Assembly: GCA_041178545.1 (NCBI GenBank)
Contig: JBEGVB010000062.1
Span: 10 to 64,009, forward strand
DNA length: 64,000 nt
Direction: 5' to 3'
From: Planctomycetota bacterium
GTDB lineage: Bacteria > Planctomycetota > UBA1135 > UBA2386
Made by a program: the position numbers and the translations under genes. The notes below the pieces were generated by a model that was not told the DNA's origin, searched no databases, and saw only the letters and a list, made by a program, of their open reading frames with translations. Below, in pieces: positions 9,195 through 18,346 of this stretch (its first letter is position 1; each line of letters begins with the position of its first letter).

Positions 9195-10088
9195 TCACTT
9201 CGACGTGCTGCCGCCTGCCTTCTGGGCGGCCTCGAGCTGCTGGGCGTCCTTGGCGGCACCCGTCTGCTTGTCGCGGGCCCGCTGCAGCGCGCGGCGGCTG
9301 GTCATCTCCTCCAGCAGCTTGCGCAACCGCTGGCCCTCTGCAGCATCGTCCTCGCCGGCGCCCTGCACCGCCTCCTCGGCCTGGCCGATGGCGCGCGAAG
9401 CCCCATCAAGGTCACCCTTCTCGACAAGGGCGCGGGCGAGGAAGTTGGCAGCCTCGATGACGAGGCGCGGCTTCTCCGCCGACTCCAGCGCGGCACGGAA
9501 CTGCTCCAGCGCCTCCTCGTTGCGCCCCATCTCCTGCAGCAGTCGGGCCTGCCACAGCCGTGCGTCGTGGGCCCGGCTTGACGCTGGATCCAGGGCAGCA
9601 GCTGCTGCATAGCCCTGCAGCGCCGCCTCCAGCTTCTTCTGGCGTCGCTGCATGTCGGCGGCCTCCAGCGTGCCGCGCTGGCCAAAGCGTGCGGCATCGA
9701 GGGTGGCTGCCGCCAGGAACGACTGCTCGGCAAGTGCAAGGCTGCCGTGGCGACGCCACAGGTCCGCCTCGCTGAAGCGCGCACCCGCAGCCACCGTCGG
9801 CTCGGCAGCGAAGTCCAGGGCCACCTTCTCGTAGGCCCTTGCTGCCTGCTCGAGCGCTGCCAGCCGCTCGGCATCCTTCTTGCCCTTCACCTGCTCCTCC
9901 AGTGCCTTGGCGCCGCGCAGCGCCTCGCGCGCCGCACTGCTGGCTGCGGGCCGCGACGGCTTCTTTGCCGATGCCTCCACCACTGCAGGCCTGCCTGCAG
10001 GGTCCTGTGCCGACGCGGGCTGGAGCCAGCCGAGCTGGAACGAGACCAACAGGACGAGCGCCCACCCGATCTTCATCTTCGTCATCAT
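9195..10088 (-). CDS. secreted helical-repeat (TPR-like) protein
   Basis: Distal part of ORF 9195..10157. ATG 10088 is preceded by GAAAGGAAG. Signal peptide MMTKMKIGWALVLLVSFQLGWLQPASA; Ala/Glu/Arg-rich helical repeats. Lies 46 nt downstream of the sigma gene. Confidence 0.7.
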   Translation of the reverse strand: MMTKMKIGWALVLLVSFQLGWLQPASAQDPAGRPAVVEASAKKPSRPAASSAAREALRGAKALEEQVKGKKDAERLAALEQAARAYEKVALDFAAEPTVAAGARFSEADLWRRHGSLALAEQSFLAAATLDAARFGQRGTLEAADMQRRQKKLEAALQGYAAAAALDPASSRAHDARLWQARLLQEMGRNEEALEQFRAALESAEKPRLVIEAANFLARALVEKGDLDGASRAIGQAEEAVQGAGEDDAAEGQRLRKLLEEMTSRRALQRARDKQTGAAKDAQQLEAAQKAGGSTSK

Positions 10089-10134
10089 CTTCTGCTTCCT
10101 TTCTGGTTGGTGAACCGCTGCACCGTGCAACGGC

Positions 10135-10704
10135 TCAGGGGTCGAGCAGTCCGGCACGACGTGCCTCCTGCTCGAGGATCTTGCGCAACTGGTTGCGGCT
10201 CCGGTGGAGCCGCGACTTCACGAGGTCGACACGGATGCCTGCACTTCGCGCCAGCTCGGCCGGAGCCGTGCCGTCGTAGAAGCCGACGAGCATCGCGCGG
10301 TGGTGCGGTGCGAGGCCTGCCAGCGCCTGCGGCAGCTGCTCGACCACCCACGCGCGCTCCACCGGCACGCCGCGCAACCGGAAGGACGGCTCGTCCTCAC
10401 GGACCGTGCTGGTGCGGTGCGACCCGTGCACCCACCACGACCGCGCACGCTGCTCGCGTGCCTCGCGCAGCCGCTTCTCCTCCGCAAATGCGTGTGCGCG
10501 AAGCCTCCGCGCCACCGTGCGGGCCACCGCCCCCACGCGCGAGGGGTCGCGCAGGCGGGGCAGCAGGCGGATCGAGGTCCACGCCGCCTCCTGCGCGAAG
10601 TCCTCCCTGCGCGTCTCCGTGAGCGGGTCCTTCCAGCGCTGCAGGAACCGCAGCACCTCGGCCGTGACCCGCTCTGCCTCTGCCTCGACTCGTGCATCCG
10701 ACAT
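10135..10704 (-). CDS. ECF-type RNA polymerase sigma factor
   Basis: ORF 10135..10713 (track start is GTG; ATG at 10704). Region 4 HTH PAELARSAGIRVDLVKSRLHRSRNQLRKIL and region-2-like EDFAQEAAW. About 190 aa. Confidence 0.75.
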   Translation of the reverse strand: MSDARVEAEAERVTAEVLRFLQRWKDPLTETRREDFAQEAAWTSIRLLPRLRDPSRVGAVARTVARRLRAHAFAEEKRLREAREQRARSWWVHGSHRTSTVREDEPSFRLRGVPVERAWVVEQLPQALAGLAPHHRAMLVGFYDGTAPAELARSAGIRVDLVKSRLHRSRNQLRKILEQEARRAGLLDP

Positions 10705-10800
10705 CCTCACCACCGCCCTTGCGGTGCGACGGTCGGTGGGACGCCTGCAACTGGAGGGGAACGGGAGCGGCGAGAACGGACACTCGGGTCCGCGGAATCG

Positions 10801-11535
10801 TCAGCCTGCCGACTTGGGCGCGGCCAGCTCGTCCTCGCGTGCGCTGGTGCCGTTGAGCCGGGCGATGCGCTGCATGATCAGCGTGGTGGCCGCCTGCAGC
10901 CGCGTCTTGCGGTCCGGGGCGGCCGCCTCGAGTTCTGCCGGCAGGATCGGCGCGCCGAAGCGGATCGTGATGCGGCGCGGGCGCGGGAACCACGCACCCA
11001 CCGGGAACGCAGCGTGGGCGCCCTCGATGCCCACGGGGAGGATGGGCGCGCCTGCTGCGAGCACGAGACTGACGGCACCAGGGTTGCCAAGGAGCAGGCC
11101 TCCGTCCCGGCTGATGCCGCCCTCGGGGAAGATGCCGAGCACGCGTCCCTGCTCCAGCACCGACCGTGCCGCACGCAGGGCCTCGCGGTTGCCGTTGCGC
11201 ACCGACACCGGGATCGCCTTGTTCCAGCGGTAGAACCACCCCATCAGCGGCGAGCGCCAGATCACCTCGGTCATCAGGAAGGTGACGCGGCGGCGCAGCA
11301 CGGCGCCGAGCAGGATGGGGTCGAGGTAGGAGGTGTGGTTTGGGGCCAGCACCAGGGCACCCTGCAGCGGCGGTCGCCCCTCGACACGCACACGGAACCA
11401 CAGTCGTGCGGCGATGCCGAAGGTGGCCCAGAAGAGCCAGAACAGCAGGTTGTTGAGCCGTCCCGGCGGCGCCGCGAGGTCTGGCGCGGGCGGCCGCGCT
11501 GCGGCCGGGGCAGGGGCTGCGCCGGGTTCGGTCAC
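10801..11535 (-). CDS. plsC: 1-acyl-sn-glycerol-3-phosphate acyltransferase
   Basis: ORF 10801..11535 (GTG start). Acyltransferase motifs NHTSYLD (HX4D) and FPEGGISRDG. Confidence 0.85.
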   Translation of the reverse strand: MTEPGAAPAPAAARPPAPDLAAPPGRLNNLLFWLFWATFGIAARLWFRVRVEGRPPLQGALVLAPNHTSYLDPILLGAVLRRRVTFLMTEVIWRSPLMGWFYRWNKAIPVSVRNGNREALRAARSVLEQGRVLGIFPEGGISRDGGLLLGNPGAVSLVLAAGAPILPVGIEGAHAAFPVGAWFPRPRRITIRFGAPILPAELEAAAPDRKTRLQAATTLIMQRIARLNGTSAREDELAAPKSAG

Positions 11536-11551
11536 TGCAGCCCCGCGCGCA

Positions 11552-12607
11552 TCACTTGTTCTTGGCGCGCTCGGCCCACTCGCTGTTGGGGTACTCGTTC
11601 ATCAGGATGTAGCGGCAGCGACCGCTGATCAGGCGCGAGTCCTCGCCGCCCCACTTGTCGGCCGCGAGGATGGCGTGGTACAGCGCCTCGGCCTGCAGGC
11701 TGGGCCAGCTGTCCTTGGTGACGACGCGCACGCGCAGGAACTTGAGGAGGGCCTCCTTGAAGACCTCCTTCTTGCTCGCGTCGCCGGACTCGAGGTCCAG
11801 CATGCCGAGGCCCAGGTAGGCACCGGCCAGCGTGTTGTCGTCCACCGACTCCTTGCCCATCAGGTCGGTGTAGATGGCGCGGGCACCCTCCAGGTCCTTG
11901 GTCTCGCGCAGGCTGTTGGCCAGCTGCACGTTGGCGCGGTTGGCGACAAGCGGGAACGAACCCGCAGCGCGGGCCACGATCTCGCGCAGCTTGGACTGGA
12001 AGGCCGGCTTCTGCAGCGATCCCTCCAGCGCCCCGGCGAGGGCCACGAGGAACTCGGCCTCGACCTGCAGGCCTTGGGGCCAGGCGCCGGTCGTGGCGTC
12101 GGCCTGGTACTTCTTGGCCACGGCCATGGCGTTCTGGCCGCCGCGCGGACCGCGCCCGGCGTAGGTCTCGAACTTGAGGCGGTAGACGTCGGCCACGGTG
12201 CCGGCCTCGGGGATCGCCTTCTGCAGCTCGTCGAGCGCGCCAAAGGCCTCTGCCTCCATGCCGGCATCGAGGTAGGCGTTGGCAGCGGCCACGAAGCCCA
12301 GCTGCGCCATGAGGACGTTCTTGTCGCCCACGAGGTCGCGGGCCACGGGCATGTAGAGGTTGCCGTCCTTGGACGACACACCGCGACGGTAGGTGTCGGC
12401 GAACTTCGCCAGCTCGACCTTGGCCACGCGGTCCGTGCCCACCGAGGTCGCGCCGCCGTTCTTGGGCACGTACTTCAGCTCGCGGATGTCGAAGCTCTGG
12501 ACCTTGCAGCCGTCGAGCACCTCGCCGGAGGTGAGGGTCACCTTGTCCTCCTGGGCGAACAGGGGTGCAGCGAGGACGAACAGCAGGCCGGGGAGGATGG
12601 CTTTCAT
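11552..12607 (-). CDS. secreted protein with helical-repeat C-terminal region
   Basis: Distal part of ORF 11552..13129. ATG 12607 gives signal peptide MKAILPGLLFVLAAPLFAQ. Strong G/C3 bias. Confidence 0.7.
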   Translation of the reverse strand: MKAILPGLLFVLAAPLFAQEDKVTLTSGEVLDGCKVQSFDIRELKYVPKNGGATSVGTDRVAKVELAKFADTYRRGVSSKDGNLYMPVARDLVGDKNVLMAQLGFVAAANAYLDAGMEAEAFGALDELQKAIPEAGTVADVYRLKFETYAGRGPRGGQNAMAVAKKYQADATTGAWPQGLQVEAEFLVALAGALEGSLQKPAFQSKLREIVARAAGSFPLVANRANVQLANSLRETKDLEGARAIYTDLMGKESVDDNTLAGAYLGLGMLDLESGDASKKEVFKEALLKFLRVRVVTKDSWPSLQAEALYHAILAADKWGGEDSRLISGRCRYILMNEYPNSEWAERAKNK

Positions 12608-12788
12608 GGCGGTCGGAGGGGTTCTGGGCCGGGCGAGCCCGCAATCGGGGTGGGGATCATGCCAGCGCCCCCGGCGGAGGACAACGAGAAGGGGGCGGGC
12701 GGGGTTCACGGGGTGTGGCACCGGCGGGACGGCCTGCCGTACCGGGACGAGGCCTGCCCCTGCCGGTGCACATGGAGGTGGGACCACC

Positions 12789-13229
12789 ATGATCGAACAC
12801 CTCCAACGCCAGTTCCTCTCCCGGTGCCGCGACCCCTTGGCTGCGCGGGCCCTGCTGCGCCGCATCATGCGGTCGAGCCTCAAGGACAGCCTCGAGTGGG
12901 CAGGGCTCGAACTCGTGCCTGACCCCGAGGCGGACGGGCGCGTCGGGCAGGCCCACCTGGCAGCGGCCTTCCACGTGCCGGGGCCCCACGGGTGCGCGCT
13001 GGTCAAGATCGTGCACGTGACGAGCGCAACGGCGCGCAACGTGGAGGCGATGTTCGACGAGTACCTGCGGCTGCTGCCCGCGCTGTACACGTGGCTCGAC
13101 CAGACCGGCAGGTCCGACCACCACTGCACCTACCACCTGTTGCTGGAGACGAGCCCGGACGAACTCGACGGCGACGATGCCTCGGTGGCGCCGCGAAAGA
13201 GCACGCTGGGCTGCATCCGGCGGGACTAG
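12789..13229 (+). CDS. hypothetical protein
   Basis: Distal part of ORF 12393..13229. ATG 12789 (MIEHLQRQFLSRC...). G/C3 codon bias is clearly coding-like. No recognisable motif. Confidence 0.55.
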   Translation: MIEHLQRQFLSRCRDPLAARALLRRIMRSSLKDSLEWAGLELVPDPEADGRVGQAHLAAAFHVPGPHGCALVKIVHVTSATARNVEAMFDEYLRLLPALYTWLDQTGRSDHHCTYHLLLETSPDELDGDDASVAPRKSTLGCIRRD

Positions 13230-14125
13230 CGCGGTGCAGGACCCCGCACGGCTGCGAGGAAGCGGTCGACGTTGTCGGCGGTGATGAGGTCGATGCCCGT
13301 GTCGATCTTCTGGGGGATGCGCATCCCCTGCGAGGCCTGCCACAGCATGAGCAGTGCCATGGAACCCTGCAGGTCGGGGATGGTGGCCGCCGAGGCGTCG
13401 ATCACCCCTGCCTTGACCTCGCGCAGGATCGGCTCGATGCCGTCCATGCTCACGAAGGTGACCTTGCCCACCCTGCCGGCCTCGCGGATCGCAGCAGCGA
13501 TGCCGATCGGTCCGGACGCGTCGCAGCACAGGTAGCCCACAAGGTCCTGGTGGGCGGCAAGCACCGCTGCGGCCTGTTGCTTGGCGGTTGGGATGTCGTC
13601 GTTGTCGGTGCCACCGTCGACGACGGTGATGGCCGGGTGCTCCTGCAGCACGCGCAGCTGGGCCCGGTGGCGCTCGCGGTGGTTGGGTGCGGTGGGTACG
13701 CCCTGCATGACGGCGACCTTGCCGGACCCACCGATGCGCTGGACGAGGCGCCGGGCCGCCATGGCGCCCTGCTCGGCGAAGTCGTTGCCCACGCTGCAGA
13801 CGTTCGGGTTGGAGGACGGTGCGTCGAACACCAGCACCGGGATGCTGCGTTGCCTTGCGACGGCCAGGGCAGGCAGGTGCGCGAGCGTGTCGACGGGGTC
13901 GAGCGCGATGCCTGCAGGCGCAGTCGCCAGGACCGCCGCAAGCATCGCATCCTGCTCGGCGACTCCAGCGACCGAGGGCGGCCGGTGCTCGACGACGATC
14001 TTGCGGCCGGTCTGTTTCTCGAGGAACTGCGCCTGTTCGCGCGCGCCGCGGTGCACCTCCTCGTACCACGGGTGGGCGACCTTGGGGACGAGGACGAAGC
14101 GCAGCGGTGTGGAGTCGTGGGCCAT
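13226..14125 (-). CDS. periplasmic-binding-protein-fold (sugar-binding/LacI-type ligand domain) protein without signal peptide or HTH
   Basis: ORF 13226..14170 (track start TTG; ATG at 14125 MAHDSTPLRFVLVPK). Type-I PBP pattern: VLVFDAPS, GKVAVMQG, VVDGGTDNDD, GKVTFVSMDG. Confidence 0.75.
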   Translation of the reverse strand: MAHDSTPLRFVLVPKVAHPWYEEVHRGAREQAQFLEKQTGRKIVVEHRPPSVAGVAEQDAMLAAVLATAPAGIALDPVDTLAHLPALAVARQRSIPVLVFDAPSSNPNVCSVGNDFAEQGAMAARRLVQRIGGSGKVAVMQGVPTAPNHRERHRAQLRVLQEHPAITVVDGGTDNDDIPTAKQQAAAVLAAHQDLVGYLCCDASGPIGIAAAIREAGRVGKVTFVSMDGIEPILREVKAGVIDASAATIPDLQGSMALLMLWQASQGMRIPQKIDTGIDLITADNVDRFLAAVRGPAPR

Positions 14126-14183
14126 GGTGTCGGCATTGTCGGCATCGGCGAGGACCGAGTCGACAGGCAAACGTGCGTCTCGC

Positions 14184-16409
14184 TCACCAGCGCAGCTCGG
14201 CCACCGCGCGCACGCCCGCGTCGGCAGGCAGCGCGATCGTCTTCACGGCGGCGTCGTCGACGAGGAGGAAGCCGGAGGCACCGCGCTCGTGGCGCTGCAC
14301 GCGCAGCACGTGCGGGCCGGCAGGCAACCCGAGCAGGTCGGCGCGCCCGTTCGCATCGGTGGTGACCTCGGCGCTCTCCTGCATGCCCGTGTGCGTGAGG
14401 AGCATGCGGAAGCGCCCCCCCTTGGCGGGCCGCTCGACGCGGATCTCGGCGTCCTCGATTGGTCGTCCCTGTCCGTCGACGAGGCGGACGAAGCGCGGCA
14501 CGCTGCGCGCGAGTTCGACCACCCTGCGATGCACGCCGGGCGGCACGCCCTGCAGCGAGACCAGTTCGTGCATGCGCCCCGGCCCGTGCACCGCGAACTC
14601 CGCACCCAGCGGCAATGGCCCCGTGGTGAAGCGGCCCTGGGCATCGGTGATGCCGGCGCCCTCGACGACCATGGAGGCGAGTGGCGCGCGCGTCTCTGGG
14701 TCCACCACCGTGCCCTGCACCACCACGCGGTCGGCGATGCCCTCGCCGCTGCGCAGCACCACGCTGTCGCCGGCGCGCACGAGCGCCGCGGCCGGGAGGT
14801 CGAGACCTTCCGGTGTGGCCTCGATGCGGTGCAAACCCGCGCCCACGGTGCGGAGCTCGAACGAGCCTTCCTCCGAGGTGGAGACGACGTCGCTGGGGAA
14901 GGAGGTGGCGAGGATCGCTGGCGCAGCCGGGTCGAGCTGGGCCAAGGTGCCTGCGGGACGGTACAGGCGCACGGTGCCAAGGATCGGCTTGCCCGCGGCA
15001 TCGAGCAGCGTCCCGCGTACGGTGCCGGGTGGGACGAGCGCAACCGTCACGTCGCGCGTGCCGCCGGTGCGGTCGAAGGGCCCGAGGAACACGGGTGCAT
15101 GTCCCTCCACCGCGACCTGCACCATGCAGGGCGGTCCCGCGTCGAGCACGAGGTCGTGGCGACCGCCGGTGAAGCGGTTGCGTAGCAGTTCCCTGCCCGC
15201 ATCGGCCTGCTCATGGAGGAACAGGTTGAAGCCCTTGGCATCCGATCCATCCGGCAGCGTGACGTGCAGCCGCAAGCGGAAGCGCTCGTCGTGCGCGAGC
15301 ACCACGGTCACCTCGCGCTCGTCGGGCTCGACCCACCGCGACCAGGGCGCACAACCCTCGGCCTCGACAGCGAGGTGCCAGGTGGATCCGTCGACCTCGC
15401 AGCGGTAGGTGCGGGGACCGACCTCGTCGGCGCGGAACGTGCGGCGGTCGCCGCTCACCCACGCCACGTTCGGTTGTGCGGGCAGGGCCGGGACCGCACT
15501 GGTCTCGGCACGCACCTCGACCTTGCTGTCGATGCCTGGCGGCAACTCGACGCGCACCGTCACCGTGCGAGGCGCAGCAGGCCGGGCCACGACGTGCACC
15601 TCGCAGGGCCCAGCAGGCAGGTTGCACTGCAGTTCGTAGGGGCACGTGTGGTCATCGCACTCGGCGTAGACCGAGCAGCGCCCAGCCGGCACCTCCATCG
15701 TGGCCGTGCCCTTCGCGTCGCTGGTGACCACGATGGCATGGTCCTTCACCAGCACGTGCTCGCCCGGGCCACCGAGCACGGGTTCGGGATCCACCCGCAC
15801 GGACGCACCGGCCAACGGTGCACCGCCCTCGTCCGTGACGCGCACGGTGAGACGCGCCACCTCGGGCACCACGAGCACCACCGCGTGGGGCGACTCGGCG
15901 GTGAGGAAGAACCCGCCGCGGTGCTCCATCGACCCGAACCCGGGCACGTCGGCCTCGATGCGGTCGAGGTCGCCGCGACGCACGACGTCGGCGGGGATCG
16001 AGGTGCGCAGTGCGCCACGCGCATCGGTCGTTCCCTCGTCGCGGAAGTACAGCCAGCCATCGGCCTCGCTGAGGCGGCTCCAGACGGCAGCGAGGCGCAC
16101 GCCCTCGAGCTCCGTACCCGACGCGGTGCGAAGCCTCAGCACGATGCCGTCCTGCAGGGCGCCAGCGACCACGTTGCTCTTGCCGTCGAAGGACACGAAG
16201 GCCGGCAGCGGCGCCACCGGATCGGTCACCGCATCGCGCGCGAGCGGCATCGGGCCGTCACCGTCTGCAGCTGCACCCGTGACCTGCACCTGCGGCTCGC
16301 CCGACGTCGCCGGTGCGGCATCCGGCTCACTGCGCAGCAGCAGGATGCCCAGCGCCAGCAGCAGGACGCAGGACAGCAGCACGCGCACGGGCCGGAAGGA
16401 TCGTCGCAC
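14184..16409 (-). CDS. membrane-anchored protein with multiple carboxypeptidase-regulatory-like beta-sandwich domains
   Basis: Distal part of ORF 14184..17057. GTG 16409 gives anchor VRRSFRPVRVLLSCVLLLALGILLL, 24 nt after the xdhC-like stop. Repeated signatures: VRVTDEGGAPLAGASVRV, GTVVDPETRAPLASMVVEG..TDAQGRF, VRLVDGQGRPIEDAEIRV..TDANGRADL. Confidence 0.7.
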   Translation of the reverse strand: MRRSFRPVRVLLSCVLLLALGILLLRSEPDAAPATSGEPQVQVTGAAADGDGPMPLARDAVTDPVAPLPAFVSFDGKSNVVAGALQDGIVLRLRTASGTELEGVRLAAVWSRLSEADGWLYFRDEGTTDARGALRTSIPADVVRRGDLDRIEADVPGFGSMEHRGGFFLTAESPHAVVLVVPEVARLTVRVTDEGGAPLAGASVRVDPEPVLGGPGEHVLVKDHAIVVTSDAKGTATMEVPAGRCSVYAECDDHTCPYELQCNLPAGPCEVHVVARPAAPRTVTVRVELPPGIDSKVEVRAETSAVPALPAQPNVAWVSGDRRTFRADEVGPRTYRCEVDGSTWHLAVEAEGCAPWSRWVEPDEREVTVVLAHDERFRLRLHVTLPDGSDAKGFNLFLHEQADAGRELLRNRFTGGRHDLVLDAGPPCMVQVAVEGHAPVFLGPFDRTGGTRDVTVALVPPGTVRGTLLDAAGKPILGTVRLYRPAGTLAQLDPAAPAILATSFPSDVVSTSEEGSFELRTVGAGLHRIEATPEGLDLPAAALVRAGDSVVLRSGEGIADRVVVQGTVVDPETRAPLASMVVEGAGITDAQGRFTTGPLPLGAEFAVHGPGRMHELVSLQGVPPGVHRRVVELARSVPRFVRLVDGQGRPIEDAEIRVERPAKGGRFRMLLTHTGMQESAEVTTDANGRADLLGLPAGPHVLRVQRHERGASGFLLVDDAAVKTIALPADAGVRAVAELRW

Positions 16410-16432
16410 GAACGGCAGTGTAGCGCGCCGGT

Positions 16433-17335
16433 TCAGCGCTCGCAGGCGCCGTCGACGTCCTTCGCCGACTCCACCGAGAGGTCCTTCACCACGTTCTGCG
16501 GCTTGCTCTTGGTCTTCGCGGCCCAGGTGGAGGCAAGGTCGCTGTTGAGCCTGCGCACGGCCACCAGCTCGGCCACCACGCTGACAGCGATCTCCTCGTG
16601 GCTGCGCGCACCGATGTACGCGCCCATGGGCGTGCGCACCGTGTCGAGGAACTCGTTGCTGACGCCCGCCTCGCGCAGGTGCCGGAAGAGCACGACCTGC
16701 TTGGTGCGCGAGCCGATCATGCCGAGGAAGCGTGCGCGCGCGCCCTGGACGAAGCGCTGTGCCAGCGCCTCGAGGACGATGCCGTCCTCCTTGTGGCCAC
16801 GGGTGACCACGACGACGTAGCTGTTGGCGCGCAGCGGCATGGCGGCCACCGCCTGCGGCAGCGGTGCGCAGAGCGTCTCGGAAGCCTCGGGGAAACGCTG
16901 TTTGGTGGCGAAGTCGGCACGGTCGTCCACCACCGTGACGCGGAAGCCTGCGAGCGCGGCAACCTGGCACAGCGCCTTGCTCACGTGGCCGCCGCCGAAG
17001 ACCCAGAGCACGGGCGTGGTGACGGGCTCGACGAAGATGGTGACCTCGCCGCCGCACATGAGACCCGAGTCGGGCGAATCCTTCTCCGTCAGCCGGAAGG
17101 TGAGCGTGCGCGGCTGCTCGTCGGCGATCACCTGCAGCGCCGTGTCGTACACCTCGGCCTCGAGGCAGCCGCCGCCGACGGTGCCGAGGAACGTGCCGTC
17201 CTCCAGCACCAGAAGGCGCATGGTGGTGCGGCCGGGAGTCGACCCGCGCGTGCCGACGATGGTGGCGAGCGCGGCAGGGATGCCCTCGCGGCGCAGGCGC
17301 ACCACTTCCTCGAAGATGTCGGCGTTGCGATTCAT
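16433..17335 (-). CDS. XdhC/CoxI-family protein (Rossmann-type accessory/chaperone family)
   Basis: Distal part of ORF 16433..17452. ATG 17335 MNRNADIFEEVVRLRREGIPAALATIVGTRGSTPG..GGGCLE (XdhC_CoxI N-domain). VFGGGHVSKALCQVAALAGFRVTVVDDR (XdhC_C Rossmann). Confidence 0.85.
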   Translation of the reverse strand: MNRNADIFEEVVRLRREGIPAALATIVGTRGSTPGRTTMRLLVLEDGTFLGTVGGGCLEAEVYDTALQVIADEQPRTLTFRLTEKDSPDSGLMCGGEVTIFVEPVTTPVLWVFGGGHVSKALCQVAALAGFRVTVVDDRADFATKQRFPEASETLCAPLPQAVAAMPLRANSYVVVVTRGHKEDGIVLEALAQRFVQGARARFLGMIGSRTKQVVLFRHLREAGVSNEFLDTVRTPMGAYIGARSHEEIAVSVVAELVAVRRLNSDLASTWAAKTKSKPQNVVKDLSVESAKDVDGACER

Positions 17336-17892
17336 CGGCGCGCCATTGTGCAGCGCTGGCGCACGGCCGACCAGCTCATCGTCCGCAGCGTGGCCCAGCC
17401 CACCGGGCCGGCGGAGGCGCGCAGCACCAGGAACCGCCCGTCTGCAGAGCACTTGTGGCAGGGCTCGTAGCGCACGGACCGTTCGATGCGGCGGGCCCCA
17501 CAGGCGTCACAGAGCCGCAGGTAGAGCCAGCGGCCGCGGCGAGCACGGCGCTTCTGCGGGTCGACCGGCAGGTCGTGGGTGACGTGCGGGGGGTGGCCGG
17601 CGCTGCGGAGCAGCTCGGCCCACTCGCGCCCGTGCGGGCGGATGCGCGGTCCGTGCAGCCGGTAGGCGGCAAGGTGAGCAGCCTCGTGGGCAAGGATGGC
17701 CTCGATGCGCTCAGGCGCCCTTGCGAGGAGGTCCGGGTTGAGCTCGATGCGGCCCTTGCGGGGCAGCGCGCGCCCCGCGCTCGTGCGCAGGCGCCGGTTC
17801 CACACCACGCTCAACGGCTCGCATGCGGCGCCCCAGCCTGCCATCAGGCCGCGCGCCTTGGTCTCCAGCTCGTCCGCGGGGGGCAACTGCAC
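17332..17892 (-). CDS. SprT-like zinc metalloprotease with C-terminal Cys4 ribbon
   Basis: Distal part of ORF 17332..18165. WNRRLRTSAGRA, HEAAH zinc motif, CDACG...CHKC. Start is GTG 17892 (or ATG 17844). The stop overlaps the xdhC-like ATG (ATGA). Confidence 0.75.
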   Translation of the reverse strand: MQLPPADELETKARGLMAGWGAACEPLSVVWNRRLRTSAGRALPRKGRIELNPDLLARAPERIEAILAHEAAHLAAYRLHGPRIRPHGREWAELLRSAGHPPHVTHDLPVDPQKRRARRGRWLYLRLCDACGARRIERSVRYEPCHKCSADGRFLVLRASAGPVGWATLRTMSWSAVRQRCTMARR

Positions 17893-17902
17893 GCGGCCAG
17901 TA

Positions 17903-18280
17903 TCAGCTGCGCGCGCGACGCATTTCCAGTTCCTGCAGCGCGAACGGGAAGGTGGCGAGCGCGAGACCCACGGCGCCCGTGATGATGCCGCCGCCCTGCA
18001 TGTCCGCGTCCCCGGCCGGCTGTGCCGCCACGACGAGGGCTGCACCCACGAACATGCAGACCCAGCCCGCCCACAGCGAGAAGGCATGGAGGGGCGGCAC
18101 CTTGGCGGGGACGGTCTGCCTGCCGAGCTGGTCGAGCTGGCCCGGGTCGGTGACGCCGTTGGCAACGGCCTGCTCCAGCAGCCGCATGCGCGCCTGCACG
18201 TGCTTGTCGCGCTGGTCGAGCCAGGCGCGCGCCAGCACGAAGCCGAAGATCACCATCAGGAGCAGGGCCAGGGATTCCAT
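17903..18280 (-). CDS. small membrane protein
   Basis: ORF 17903..18286. ATG 18280 is preceded by GAGG. Three hydrophobic helices (LALLLMVIFGFVLA, FSLWAGWVCMFVGAALVVAA, IITGAVGLALATFPFAL). Confidence 0.6.
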   Translation of the reverse strand: MESLALLLMVIFGFVLARAWLDQRDKHVQARMRLLEQAVANGVTDPGQLDQLGRQTVPAKVPPLHAFSLWAGWVCMFVGAALVVAAQPAGDADMQGGGIITGAVGLALATFPFALQELEMRRARS

Positions 18281-18346
18281 GCACACCTCGCGAGGAACAG
18301 CGTCTACGGACGGCAGCCAGAATATTGCCGGAAAGCCACGATGCGC

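Noticed and set aside
10714-10800. Intergenic gaps over 70 nt (10714-10800, 39306-39385, 44270-44455, 53287-53532, 60970-61138 and others) inspected for tRNA/sRNA genes
   Set aside because: No cloverleaf-compatible sequence or GTTCGAATC-type T-loop was seen. A proper tRNAscan/Infernal run was not possible, so small RNAs cannot be excluded.
14184-17057. 957-aa ORF extending the beta-sandwich protein over the xdhC-like gene
   Set aside because: The upstream 216 codons overlap the well-supported XdhC-family frame and are Arg/Gly/His junk. A GTG at 16409 with a membrane anchor, 24 nt after the xdhC stop, fits better.
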